64,000 bases of DNA from an uncultured archaeon (GTDB lineage Archaea; Thermoproteota; Bathyarchaeia; Bathyarchaeales; Bathycorpusculaceae). The notes under the pieces are model-generated. The model was not told the DNA's origin. It searched no databases and saw only the letters and a program-made list of their open reading frames with translations. The stretch spans positions 32,001 to 96,000 of the forward strand of contig CAWALK010000001.1 in the NCBI GenBank assembly GCA_963782915.1. Reading direction: 5' to 3'. Both the position numbers and the translations under genes were made by a program. This document shows, piece by piece, positions 22,231 to 32,496 of this stretch; the stretch's first letter is position 1; every line of letters begins with the position of its first letter.

Positions 22231-24378
22231 TTGAGCGGACAAAAAAGTAATACAGTTAACTTACTAATTGTTGATGATGATTTATCGCTACTACAAGTAG
22301 CCTCATTAATCCTCAAAGAAATGAATTGTTGCCTCAATATTGATACTGCAACAGGCGTGGATGAAGCCTATACGAAACTCGCAACCAAAGACTATGATGT
22401 CATCGTCTCAGATTACGAGATGCCCAAAAAGAGCGGGTTAGATTTCCTAAAGGCACTCAGAGAGAAAGGCAACAAAATCCCCTTTATCCTCTTTACAGGA
22501 AAAGGTAGAGAAGAAATCGCTATTCAAGCCCTAAACCTTGGTGCAGATCGATACCTAAACAAACAAGGCAACGCAGAAACAGTCTACAAAGAATTAACCA
22601 TAAGCATCCATCAACTGCACGAAAAAGCTCACGCGCAACGTCTGCTCTTGGAAAGTGAAGAACGCTTAAGACTTTTCATCGAAAATGCTCCGGACGCCAT
22701 TTTCATAAGTGATATTCAAGGCAAACTGCTGGACATAAACAAGCAGACCGAAGAATTAGTCGGTTACCAAAAAGGAGAACTATTTGGGAAAAACATGCTT
22801 GATTTAGTAATTTCATCCGACGGAAAAGCGACGGATCAGACTGCGAATTTAGCTCAGGATTATTCTAGGCGGAAAATAGGGCCAATAGAGTATACTGTAA
22901 AGCGTAAGGATGGGAGCAGCGTTATCGTTGAGGTTTCAACTTTTCCTATTAAGCGAGGCGAAGACATAGAAGTTATTGGTATTGCAAGAGACGTAACACA
23001 GCGCAAGAACGCCGAGGTAGAATTGGAGGCGAAATATGAAGCGCTTGAGCGGGTTGCAAAAAGTCTCGATTCCGGCTTAGCGATAATCGGCAGGGATTAT
23101 CGTGTGGTTTGGGCTAACTCGATTCTTCAAGCCATAGGCTCAGGTATCGACTGTAACAAAAGATGTTACCAGATATTCAACAAGCTGAACTCTGTTTGTC
23201 CCGATTGCGGTGTAAAAAAAGTGTTTGAGGGCAACTCGGTGCTTGATGTCCACGAATTTTTTACAAAGTCAGGCATTTGGGTTGAGCTTCGAGTAACCCC
23301 GTTAAAGGATAAAAACGGCAACATTATTGGCGCGTTAGAGCTTGGAGTGCCAATTACTGAACGCAAGAAAGCTCAAGAGGCCCTAAGGGAAAGCGAAGAA
23401 CGCTACGCCAAGTTATCATCTGCGGCTTTTGAAGGCATCTTGATCAGTCGAGACGGCATAGTAATAGATGCTAACGCACAATTTCTACAAGCCCACCAAT
23501 ACGAATTAAGTGAAATTGTGGGAAAAGGCGCTGAGATGCTTGTTGATCCCAAATATCGAGAGCTTGTAAAAACTAATATGCTCAAGGGATATGAGGGTCC
23601 ATACGAGTTTTTAGCGTTACGGAAGGATGGCTCTTCATTTCCGGTAGAGGTACACGCTAAATCTGTTAATTACAATGGGTTCCCCGCTAGGGTTAGCGCC
23701 GTCTTGGACATTACGGAACGTAAGAAAGCGGAGGATAGACTTGCAAGTGTAAATGAGAAACTACGGGTTGTTGGCAAGTTAACCAGACATGATGTTCGCA
23801 ATAAACTCTCAAACATACGATCCAATGTTTATTTAATAAAGAAGAAGTACGGTGGCGACGATGAGTTGGTAAAGTATCTTGCAAGTATTGATTCATCTGT
23901 TGCTATGGCCAATAGGCTCTTTGATTTTAGTGCGCTCTACGAAAAAATCGGTGTTGAAGAACAATCAAGTATTGATGTTAAAAGGTGCTTTAACGAGGCA
24001 GTTGAGCTTTTTTCAAGTTTGAGGGATGTTAAAGTCGTCAATGAAGTTGACGGTTTAGTAGTGGTTGCGGATTCTTTGCTTAGACAGTTATTCTATAATT
24101 TAATCGATAATTCGCTTAAACATGGCAAGAAAGTTACGCAAATAAAGCTGCAATACACAAGGGAAAGCAACCTGGTCAAGTTGATATTTGAAGACGATGG
24201 ATTGGGGGTTTCAAGTGAGAATAAAGAAAAGATTTTTTCTGAATACTTTACCACCGGTGAGGGAACAGGTTTAGGTTTGTCGATGGTTAAGAAAATGATG
24301 GCTGTTTACAACTGGTCAATACAAGAGACGGGTACGCCGGGCAGGGGCGTAAGATTCGAGATTACAATCCCAACATAA
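22231..24378 (+). CDS. Cytoplasmic hybrid sensor kinase (REC-PAS-PAS-PAS-HisKA-HATPase)
   Basis: IVDDD..SDYEMP, three PAS/PAC units, RHDVRNKL, NLIDNSLKHG, DDGLG, GTGLGL. Confidence 0.92.
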   Translation: MSGQKSNTVNLLIVDDDLSLLQVASLILKEMNCCLNIDTATGVDEAYTKLATKDYDVIVSDYEMPKKSGLDFLKALREKGNKIPFILFTGKGREEIAIQALNLGADRYLNKQGNAETVYKELTISIHQLHEKAHAQRLLLESEERLRLFIENAPDAIFISDIQGKLLDINKQTEELVGYQKGELFGKNMLDLVISSDGKATDQTANLAQDYSRRKIGPIEYTVKRKDGSSVIVEVSTFPIKRGEDIEVIGIARDVTQRKNAEVELEAKYEALERVAKSLDSGLAIIGRDYRVVWANSILQAIGSGIDCNKRCYQIFNKLNSVCPDCGVKKVFEGNSVLDVHEFFTKSGIWVELRVTPLKDKNGNIIGALELGVPITERKKAQEALRESEERYAKLSSAAFEGILISRDGIVIDANAQFLQAHQYELSEIVGKGAEMLVDPKYRELVKTNMLKGYEGPYEFLALRKDGSSFPVEVHAKSVNYNGFPARVSAVLDITERKKAEDRLASVNEKLRVVGKLTRHDVRNKLSNIRSNVYLIKKKYGGDDELVKYLASIDSSVAMANRLFDFSALYEKIGVEEQSSIDVKRCFNEAVELFSSLRDVKVVNEVDGLVVVADSLLRQLFYNLIDNSLKHGKKVTQIKLQYTRESNLVKLIFEDDGLGVSSENKEKIFSEYFTTGEGTGLGLSMVKKMMAVYNWSIQETGTPGRGVRFEITIPT

Positions 24379-24447
24379 ATCCCTCTGAAATGGTGGTGAA
24401 AGCAAAATTCTTTATTCATCAACAAACATAGATTATAATGTGAAGGG

Positions 24448-25080
24448 TTGATTTGTTTGCTGATTGAAACCTTTACGGTTGGTATGCTATCAACCAACTG
24501 TTATGTAGCAAGCTCTCATGACACTAAAGAGGCAATAGTAATCGATCCGGGCCTCGATTATACTTCTGAAGCTCAACAAATCATCGATTACATAGAACAG
24601 GCGCAATTAAAAATCAAATACATCGTAAACACACATGGGCACAATGATCACGTGAAGGGCGACGCGATTCTGCAAGAGAAATATAATGTGCCTATCTGCA
24701 TCCACAAATTAGACGCTTACTTTATCGAAAGTGTACAAACAGAGAAAGCGCCTCCAAACATGCTTCTCGAAGAAGGCAACCTGATAAAATTCGGCGAAGA
24801 AACCCTAACGGTCCTTCATACACCCGGCCATACCCGCGGCTGCATATGCTTAGTCGGCGACCACATAGCCTTCACGGGCGACACATTGTTTGCGGGTGGA
24901 ATCGGCAGAACAGATTTCCCCGAAGGCTCAATGACTGACATGAACCGATCACTAAAAAAACTCGAGAAATTGCCCGATTCAATGCTGATTTATCCGGGGC
25001 ACGGAGAAACGTCGATGATTGGGGAAGAAAAAAGGGTAAACCCCTTCCTAAGTGACCGCAGCCCAGATTTGATGTTCTAA
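24448..25080 (+). CDS. MBL-fold hydrolase (glyoxalase II-like)
   Basis: THGHNDH, HTPGHT, FTGDTLF, YPGHG. Confidence 0.92.
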   Translation: MICLLIETFTVGMLSTNCYVASSHDTKEAIVIDPGLDYTSEAQQIIDYIEQAQLKIKYIVNTHGHNDHVKGDAILQEKYNVPICIHKLDAYFIESVQTEKAPPNMLLEEGNLIKFGEETLTVLHTPGHTRGCICLVGDHIAFTGDTLFAGGIGRTDFPEGSMTDMNRSLKKLEKLPDSMLIYPGHGETSMIGEEKRVNPFLSDRSPDLMF

Positions 25081-26069
25081 TAGTTTCTGGGGTTCTGCTG
25101 TAGTTCTTGTAGTGCACGCAATCGTTTGATGATGTTTGGGTGCGTTGAGAGGATTTCTACGAGTGAGTCGGTGGATGTGGGTTTCTCTGAGAGTTTTTGC
25201 CTTAGCAGATCATATTTGTTGGCTGCGTTGTTTTTGTGCAGTTCTTCGGAGTCAAAGCTGGCGCGGTCTGGGTCTGAGATGAAGAGTGCTTTGTAGGCTG
25301 TGTTGTTTTTGTTTTGCTGCTTGTTTGGTTTAGTACTGCGTTTGCTTTCTTCTACGATGGTGACTAAGCCTGTGGAGAGTTTTTCTGCGCCGTTCTCAAC
25401 TATGGCTGCGCTGTGGCGGTCAGCGTAGTACTCGCGCAGTCTGCTGAGGTAGAGTGTGAATAGGGTTAGTATCCATGAGAACGCCATGAATGCGATGCCG
25501 ATTAGGGCGTTGTTGCCGCCTCCGCCTTCTCTGTCCCTGTTGCCGCCGCCCAGCATGCCTGACCACATCATGGACCAGCCGATGTAGTAGAAGAGCGCTG
25601 GCAGGAATGAGACGACCATCATTACTTGGACGTCGCGGTGTTTGAGGTGGCCTAGTTCGTGGCCGATGACTGCTTCAACTTCGCCGTCATCAAGATGGCT
25701 CAGGAGTCCCTCGGTTACGGCGACTCTGCTGCCCGTTAATGGCGAGCCATAGGCGAATGCGTTTGGCAATGGAATCTGTGAGAGCATGAGTTGTGGGGTT
25801 TTGATGCCGCTTTTTTTGCTCAAATCAGAGACCATCTGCTGGAGTTTGGGGTTGTCGCCAGCTTTTAGGGCTTTAACCTTGTAGATAGCCCCCACCAAAT
25901 ACGGCGAAAGTAGCCACTGTGCCACGTTTAAGAAAACAACCAAGACTCCGACCGTTACTATGCTAAAGTATCCGATGTAGAGTAGCACCGCGGAGAAAAC
26001 CAGTGTGGTTAACCCAAAGATGGCTGCTAAAGTGGCAACCATGGAAAAACGAAGCTTCCAAGCGTTCAT
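25077..26069 (-). CDS. htpX: Zinc metalloprotease HtpX (M48)
   Basis: PNAFAYG, GHELGHLKHRD, SRLREYYAD, STHP. Confidence 0.93.
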   Translation of the reverse strand: MNAWKLRFSMVATLAAIFGLTTLVFSAVLLYIGYFSIVTVGVLVVFLNVAQWLLSPYLVGAIYKVKALKAGDNPKLQQMVSDLSKKSGIKTPQLMLSQIPLPNAFAYGSPLTGSRVAVTEGLLSHLDDGEVEAVIGHELGHLKHRDVQVMMVVSFLPALFYYIGWSMMWSGMLGGGNRDREGGGGNNALIGIAFMAFSWILTLFTLYLSRLREYYADRHSAAIVENGAEKLSTGLVTIVEESKRSTKPNKQQNKNNTAYKALFISDPDRASFDSEELHKNNAANKYDLLRQKLSEKPTSTDSLVEILSTHPNIIKRLRALQELQQNPRNY

Positions 26070-26162
26070 GAAATTCACTGCTTCAACTTGTGTTCCCTGC
26101 ACGCTTATAGCTTTTATGCGAAAAAGCAGCCTTTCGAGCCCAAAAAGTTGGCTGCTGCAGAG

Positions 26163-26907
26163 TTATTTGGCGCTTGCAAGCAGGATTAGTCGTGGCGCTC
26201 CGGAGCTATAGGGTTGCTCTTCGTAATCGCCATAAACGGATTGAGTAGCTAAACCTGTGGTTGCGAGTAACTCCTCAAGTTTGGGGCGCTGGTATAGGCG
26301 TACGGAATGCCCAAAAACCCTCACCTGCCCAGTTGCCCTATCCTGAATCGTCCATAAATCACGGAGTCGCTCCCCATCATCGCTTACTGTACGCTGTTGC
26401 TGGAGAGTAAAGCTGGGGTAATCATACAATTTTAGCCTCGGAGCTTTCTCAGCATACTTTTTGACGAGGTTTTCTCGGTTAAACACATCCAAAATAAATG
26501 TGCCACCCAAACAGAGGACCCTTCGCGCTTCAGCCAAACTCTTAGCATCCTCTTGTTCGGTGGGCAGATACCCAAAGCTCGTATCCATGCTAATCGCTGC
26601 CGCAAACGATTCTTTTTTGAAGGGCAGAAACCGCATGTCACCCCTGATCAGCTGTGAGGCACCCCGCTGTTTAGCAATCTTTAAAAGACGAGCGGAAACA
26701 TCCAAACCAACCATACAATAACCCGCCTCTGATAGGGCAATCATGTGGCGTCCTGACCCGCAGGCAACATCCAAAACAACACCGTCAGGGCTTAAGCTGG
26801 CTTTTCAGGAACTCTATTTGGCGTTGGGTCTGGTCTTTGTCAGCAATTTCAACCCAATATATGCCCATTTCATCAAAAACGTTGCCTGCGGATTCACTTT
26901 GCTCCAT
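26163..26907 (-). CDS. Class I SAM-dependent methyltransferase (one indel)
   Basis: LDVACGSGRH, GDMRFLP, TSFGY. The N-terminus from ATG 26907 is in another frame. Confidence 0.85.
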
Positions 26908-26958
26908 ATCTAGGGTTGTGGCAACGGCGGATTTAGCGGTTTAGATTGAAGCGAAAAC

Positions 26959-27237
26959 TCATTCATGCGACTCAACACAATAATGAGCAAAAAGACTCTT
27001 ATCAGGAAACTTTTTCTCAAGAAAAGCACTTGCCTCCTCCTTAGAATCAAAAGAAAACCAGCCACCCTCCGCTTTCTCCCCATTACCCTTCAAGGTTGTT
27101 TCCCTCAAAACACTAGGACACAAATCCGTATGCAAATAACAATTAGATGGTTTATCGACGTTCACCCAGTACTTCAAAACTAGTCGCCTATATCGACCTC
27201 TATGTAAGGATGTAATTAAATCTAGCAGGACAATCAA
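26959..27237 (-). CDS. Small hypothetical protein with Cys/His residues
   Basis: YWVNVDKP..C.LH..C..GGWFSFDS..H.C. The real start is probably near 27180. Confidence 0.5.
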   Translation of the reverse strand: MIVLLDLITSLHRGRYRRLVLKYWVNVDKPSNCYLHTDLCPSVLRETTLKGNGEKAEGGWFSFDSKEEASAFLEKKFPDKSLFAHYCVESHE

Positions 27238-27321
27238 ACCCTAGCAGCATTCCAAATATTGTCTATCTGAGCAATTCCCAGCGGGAGTACAGGTTCAAGT
27301 CATAAGCGTAGCGGTTGCTTC

Positions 27322-27900
27322 TTAGAAAGGGTCAGGTGACCTATGCATCGTTAGGTTCTCAGGACCGAAATACCTAAAAATACTATTAACGATTGAGTCG
27401 CTGCTTGTTTGGTTGCCCGATACAAATCTTAACGTGTATGTGAAAGTTTTGCCCGCTTCGATTGTTACATTTTGATGCGACTGCCATTCAGGTTGCCCAT
27501 CATTATCAGTGACCAGATAGTTCAGGTTCCAAGCCGTTACACCTCCAGAGCCATTCCATACCTGTTTTTCTCCATTATGAATTCCGTATTCTCCGTTGGT
27601 TGTGTAGTCCATGTGGAAATCCCACAAATTCAAAGTAGCAGGATACTTGCTTCCGACTTGGATAGTTACGACCCATCGAGTAAGGTAGCTATCAGGTAAA
27701 CCCGAGCTGTTGTATTGTGTTTCTGTGCTTGTTTGGATATAATATTCCGCTGTCAATGTTGGAGGCGACTTGTTTGACACTGGCTTCGAATTTGCCGATT
27801 GGGTGGTTGTAGTGCTGTTTAGGGTCTGGGCGACTATGGCCAGTAATACAACCGAAATAATGACGGCAAATAGAATAATGGCGGGTATTTTTTTGTTCAC
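27322..27900 (-). CDS. Secreted or membrane-anchored hypothetical protein
   Basis: N-terminal TM, S/T linker, beta-rich domain. Confidence 0.65.
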   Translation of the reverse strand: MNKKIPAIILFAVIISVVLLAIVAQTLNSTTTTQSANSKPVSNKSPPTLTAEYYIQTSTETQYNSSGLPDSYLTRWVVTIQVGSKYPATLNLWDFHMDYTTNGEYGIHNGEKQVWNGSGGVTAWNLNYLVTDNDGQPEWQSHQNVTIEAGKTFTYTLRFVSGNQTSSDSIVNSIFRYFGPENLTMHRSPDPF

Positions 27901-28053
27901 GTTTATTGTTGCCTCTAATCTTGATGCTTACTTGGTTACTTCTCTTTTTAAAACTTGCTTGAAAAAAGAATATGCGCCTTTATTGTGGCAATGAAGTTGC
28001 GGTGGCAGGTACGTTAAGCTCCCACTAATTTGTGTCAGACCTTAGGAGCCAGA

Positions 28054-28239
28054 TTAGATAGTATCATAGTACAGTTCTATGTAACCGCACTCTTGGCACG
28101 TGTATGTTCTAGCTGGAATGAACCTGTTGGTTTTGACACTGTACCCTTTGATTCCTTTGGTAGCGGTTACTATTGCGGATAAATCTTTGGACTTGTTCAT
28201 TGTACCGTTGCATTTAGGGCAAGTTTTCGTTGTTGACAT
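28054..28239 (-). CDS. Small zinc-ribbon protein
   Basis: CPKC..M and CQECGYIELY. Confidence 0.75.
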   Translation of the reverse strand: MSTTKTCPKCNGTMNKSKDLSAIVTATKGIKGYSVKTNRFIPARTYTCQECGYIELYYDTI

Positions 28240-28442
28240 AGAGAATTATTTTGGTTTAGATTGTATTAAACGCTTTCACGAAACGGGGTGAGGTCTCGAT
28301 GAAGTTCTTGACCTTTTCCAGCGATGGTGTGTACCCACCGCTCTCGGAATCCGCTATTCGTGTTCCATTAGTGGAACATTGTTGTTCCAACAATAGAACT
28401 AAGAAGGCGTTTGGCACGGTTGCTTTATGGAAATAGAATCCA

Positions 28443-28874
28443 ATGAAAAAGCCCAAAAAAGATGTGCAGAATAAACGGCTAATTGCAACTATAGCGGTAG
28501 TCGCGTTAGCAATATCATTGTGCATACTTGCTTACGTTCAATTTGTAACTCCGCAACCAACAGGCCCTTCAACGAGTACACCAACAGCAACGCCAAATTC
28601 AAGGCTTACAATAACCTATTCAGAACTTTCACGAAATCGAACTATGGTGGCAATCCAGCTTAAACTTGAACCAAACAGTTACATATTCCAATTAAATGCA
28701 ACCTCATTCTATCTTACTGAGAACGCTAAAAGAATTTCAGCTAACACAAACGATGTCGTTATAATTGGCACTCAATACTCAACCGTATTCTTCCCAATCA
28801 ATAACTATGACGGCACAGATTATCACCTATCGAGTAACGTACTGCCATCAGATACAATCTGGATCCGGCAATAA
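28443..28874 (+). CDS. Membrane-anchored hypothetical protein
   Basis: Basic N-terminus, TM, P/T linker, beta-rich domain. Confidence 0.65.
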   Translation: MKKPKKDVQNKRLIATIAVVALAISLCILAYVQFVTPQPTGPSTSTPTATPNSRLTITYSELSRNRTMVAIQLKLEPNSYIFQLNATSFYLTENAKRISANTNDVVIIGTQYSTVFFPINNYDGTDYHLSSNVLPSDTIWIRQ

Positions 28875-28916
28875 CTAAAGCGGTTTATTGCCTGGTTTAA
28901 ACAAATAAAAAGCGGC

Positions 28917-29026
28917 TTTCCTGCTAATTGCAGGTTGAACCTGCCCTTGAATCTATTTATAGGGGAGGGGGTACCTCGGCAGAGCAACAAAGATACCGTA
29001 TTTATTCTTTATATAAGGGAGGGGGT
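28917..29026. repeat. Repeat family A, two cores
   Basis: ctatttataggggagggggtacctcggcagagcaacaa (28953-28990) and ctttatataagggagggggt (29007-29026). Confidence 0.88.
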
Positions 29027-29078
29027 AGGTGCTCTGAGGTAGGTAGGTCCCATAAACCTAAAGGTGTAGCCGAACCGA

Positions 29079-29199
29079 TCTGCTTGCAAAAGTTTCCACA
29101 ACCACCCGCAACCCAACTCCCAACGTTCAAGCCAAAACACGGCCGACCCCACAAGCAGCAGGTTGTTGTTGTGTATAGAGGATTTTCGGCAACAACACC
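29079..29199. repeat. Dispersed repeat family B
   Basis: tctgcttgc..tccacaacc..gcaacccaac..aagccaaaacac..ggttgttgttg-gtgtatagaggatttt-like loop-cggcaacaac. Shared with ~51870-51982 and 59967-60087. Confidence 0.82.
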
Positions 29200-29278
29200 T
29201 AAACAAAAACCCCGCACATAGTTTCGAGCCGCTTAAATATCCAACCCTGCATTCACTAAATCACTGGAGAACCCATAC

Positions 29279-29969
29279 GTGACGGATAAGCAGCTGTGGC
29301 AGCACCTCTATATGCTTCTAAAACTCGCCGAAATGGGCGCTTACAAGCGGACCGCCAAAATCTCAACCGAGTACTTAGCGCAGAAACTCGATATTTCCCA
29401 GCAGACCGCTTCACGTTACCTTATCGAGTTGGAACGCAAGGGCTGGATACAACGCAAAGTCACACCTGACGGCAGCTTAATTAAAATCCAGGAGTCAGGC
29501 GCTTTGGAGCTTCAGAAGCTTTACTCTAACCTTAAGGTTTTGATGGAAAAAAATTACCCACCCTCCGTCACATTGGAAGGCACCGTCTTCACAGGACTTA
29601 GGCGAAGGCGCATACTACATTTCCAAACCCGACTACAAAAAACAGATCCTTGAGAAAATGGGTTTTGAACCCTACCCTGGAACATTAAACGTCAAATTAA
29701 ACTCCGACTACGACATAAAAACCCGCAAAGACCTCGAAGCCTACCCCGCCGTGGAAGTGATGGGTTTCCAGAATGAAACCCGCACATTCGGATTAGTCAA
29801 ATGCTACCCAGCCATCATCGGCGGCACAGTCAAAGGCGCATTAGTAACTGCACTGCGCAGCCACTATGATGCTTCTGTACTTGAGATTATTGCGCCTGTT
29901 TGCCTGCGAAAACAGTTGGGGCTAAAAGACGGCAACAAAGTAAAAGTTGAAATCAGCACCCAATTTTAA
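29279..29969 (+). CDS. ribK: CTP-dependent riboflavin kinase with N-terminal wHTH (RbkR type); one indel
   Basis: ISQQTASRYLIELE wHTH; GTVFTGLGEG.YY, GFEPYPGTLN, LEIIAP..LR. Confidence 0.9.
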
Positions 29970-29971
29970 CT

Positions 29972-30580
29972 CTAAAAAGGCGTATTTCTGAATTTGAATT
30001 CAGTGCTGTGTTGATGATCTGGTTTTCTATAGGAAGCTATTAAGTAGCCCAGTATTAAACCGACGGCTAAGCCTCCGAAGTGCGCCAAAAGATTAGTGTT
30101 CTCGCCGATGTTCATGAAGAAAAGGAAGAATGCAAACACTATGGCACCCACTATTGATTGCCTGATTGAGCGCCTATCATACATGACACAAGCAGCGAAT
30201 AACGCAAAAATGGCTCCTGAAGCGCCTACTGCAGGAACATAAAGCGATCCCAAGCCCAAGTACAGTAAGTTGCCTGCTAAACCACCGAGGATGTAGATGC
30301 CAAGGTATTCTGGCAGCGAAAACATTTCTTCTCCACGCAAACCGAAGATTAACAAGAACAGCATGTTGCCGACTAGATGGAATATTGAGGCATGAACAAA
30401 CATGGAAGTGATAAGTTGATAGTATGCGCCGTTGAATACAAAATAGTTGACTTGCCCATAAGCTACTGCTACTTCGTTGGGTGTGTTTAATGCGTCTCCG
30501 CCGACTACTACGCCGATGATGTATATGGCTACGTTTAGGGCGATTAAGATGTAGGTGGGCTTGTACTTCTCACAATTCAT
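29972..30580 (-). CDS. Rhomboid intramembrane serine protease
   Basis: TSMFVH..HLVGNM, GASG, AHFGG. Confidence 0.92.
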   Translation of the reverse strand: MNCEKYKPTYILIALNVAIYIIGVVVGGDALNTPNEVAVAYGQVNYFVFNGAYYQLITSMFVHASIFHLVGNMLFLLIFGLRGEEMFSLPEYLGIYILGGLAGNLLYLGLGSLYVPAVGASGAIFALFAACVMYDRRSIRQSIVGAIVFAFFLFFMNIGENTNLLAHFGGLAVGLILGYLIASYRKPDHQHSTEFKFRNTPF

Positions 30581-30594
30581 TGCTGGTTACCAGA

Positions 30595-31066
30595 TTATTT
30601 GGTGAGTTTGTCGATTATTTTTTGTTTAATCTTTGTGGAGCTATCTAAAGTGTTCTCCCCGTATTTGCCGATTCGAACAATAGACACCGACCAGTTTATG
30701 TTTTGCAATAGATATTCTTTGACTTCTTGTTCCATCTCTGCTTGGTCATAGCCCAAAGCGATGACGTCGGGCTTGATTTCTTCGAGGACTTCACCGATAT
30801 CTAAGCCCTCATAACCCAACACAGCCTCATCCACAACTTTTAGGGATTCGACGAGTGCGCGGCGTTGGTCTTCGGACATTATGGGTTTTCTGCCCTTCAA
30901 CTTCTCCGCAGTGCTAGTCTTTGGCGATGATAACTATTAGTTTGGCGTCTGCTCCGCCTGCTTTTTTGGCATCTTCTAGAAATCTCACGTGCCCTAAATG
31001 TAGCAGGTCAAAAACGCCTGAAGCCAAAACTACTCTTTGCTTTCTTGTTGCGGTTTGGTTGGCCAT
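30595..31066 (-). CDS. ribL: FAD synthase RibL (one indel)
   Basis: VVLASGVFDLLHLGH (31066-30920), then KPIM, PDVIALGYDQ, SSTKIK. Confidence 0.85.
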
Positions 31067-31317
31067 ACAAAGTCCACTGCACCCAATAGTCTTAACCCAT
31101 CCAGCAGCCCTTCACAGTAAGCCACCGAGGTTAAGCTGGTTTCAAGCTTGCCCTGAGCCTTATAATACTTTGCATCAGCCAAGTAATCGAGTGCCCAACG
31201 CAGAACCTCACTGACTGACGCTTCACTGACGGTTATCGGAGTCGGTTGCCGCTTCAATTCAGATAGCACCTTTTCTGCTGAACCAATATACTTGGCGGCG
31301 AGGGCGTCAAGGCTCAT
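31030..31317 (-). CDS. DUF357 protein
   Basis: YLADAKYY..G..YCEGLLD.LRLLG; lies next to dph5. Confidence 0.85.
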   Translation of the reverse strand: MSLDALAAKYIGSAEKVLSELKRQPTPITVSEASVSEVLRWALDYLADAKYYKAQGKLETSLTSVAYCEGLLDGLRLLGAVDFVWPTKPQQESKE

Positions 31318-32111
31318 CTGGTTAGCCTCTTGAACTCTTTGGGCGCTCCTGCAAACGCGATTAGGGCGTCTATTTCCATGAAGTGCAAATCTCCGGGGAT
31401 TATTAGGCTAAAGGGTGGTTCGCCGAAATCAAAGTTGACTAAATCCTTGATGAAATCCGCTTTTAGAGTGGGATTGTCGCTGCCTGCCCTTGCAATCCCC
31501 AAAGCAACAGTGCCTGGGTTGAGGATGTCGAGTTTCTTTTTTGCTTCAACTTCCAAAAGCAGCTTGATGCCTTCATTAATCGTTAGGTACCTGTTTTCTG
31601 CTGCCCTCAAATCCAAAAGGCACAACGTATGCAAACCCAGTTTTTTGTTCTGGGCGATCACATTGTAGGGTGTCTCTGAGAAGTTATCCGCAAAAGGCAC
31701 CGTTACGGTTTTGCCGAATTTGTAATTATGAAGTCCCGAGAGGCTAACGATAGCTGACATGATGGAAATGCCGTGAATAACGCGGGTTTTTATACCCTGC
31801 TTCTCTGCGTCAATGCGAAGAGTAACGTGGGTTGTGGCTATGAATGGGTCACCGGGCACCAGAAACACTGCTTTGCCCGTTTTGGCGGCTTGGAGGATGA
31901 GTTTGCCGTTGTCTTCTTCAAGGTCCTTGCGCTCAATTAACTGTACTTTTTTGCCGATTTCTGCCTCAAAACGTTCCATACTAAAGTCCGGCATGCGGCT
32001 AGTGTAGGTTTCCATAAACACTGCGTCTGCGGACCGTGTTTCTTCTAAGCCTTTGACAGTGATGCCTTTGTCGTCGTTTAACCCTAACCCTACGAATACA
32101 AGTTCCTTCAA
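31314..32111 (-). CDS. dph5: Diphthine synthase
   Basis: FVGLGL, ETYTS, GDPFIATTH, YKFGKTVT, HTLCLLD, LHFME. Confidence 0.96.
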   Translation of the reverse strand: MKELVFVGLGLNDDKGITVKGLEETRSADAVFMETYTSRMPDFSMERFEAEIGKKVQLIERKDLEEDNGKLILQAAKTGKAVFLVPGDPFIATTHVTLRIDAEKQGIKTRVIHGISIMSAIVSLSGLHNYKFGKTVTVPFADNFSETPYNVIAQNKKLGLHTLCLLDLRAAENRYLTINEGIKLLLEVEAKKKLDILNPGTVALGIARAGSDNPTLKADFIKDLVNFDFGEPPFSLIIPGDLHFMEIDALIAFAGAPKEFKRLTR

Positions 32112-32152
32112 ACTAAGCCCTTGAAATGTAATCAGTATGCTGTGGCTTAAAG

Positions 32153-32341
32153 TTATTTTTCTTTAATTTCACCCTTCTTAACTAACTCATCATAGAAACC
32201 CCGGCATGTCTCCATCGGAAGACTATACCGTTGACAAAACGTAGCGAGCACTTCCTCCACAGGCTCACCCGGTTTTCTTTCTTCAATCATTTCTTTAAGC
32301 GTTTCAATGGAATGTTTTTCATCAACAATTTTTTTACTCAT
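32153..32341 (-). CDS. Small hypothetical protein
   Basis: 62-aa charged helical ORF co-oriented upstream of dph5. Confidence 0.65.
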   Translation of the reverse strand: MSKKIVDEKHSIETLKEMIEERKPGEPVEEVLATFCQRYSLPMETCRGFYDELVKKGEIKEK

Positions 32342-32496
32342 AAAACTTTCCTGCCCTAACCACTACATTACCGTTCTTGCGCCTGTTCTAAAAGGCTTTT
32401 GATATAGGTACGTTTTGGATGGAACATCCAACCAAACCTTTATATGATTTACGTTTACAAGAAACATGGAATTCAGCGGCATAGGAAACAGAAGAC

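Noticed and set aside
28928-29221. Short ORFs over 28928-29221 and 59925-60146
   Set aside because: They are translations of the repeat elements, with no protein features.
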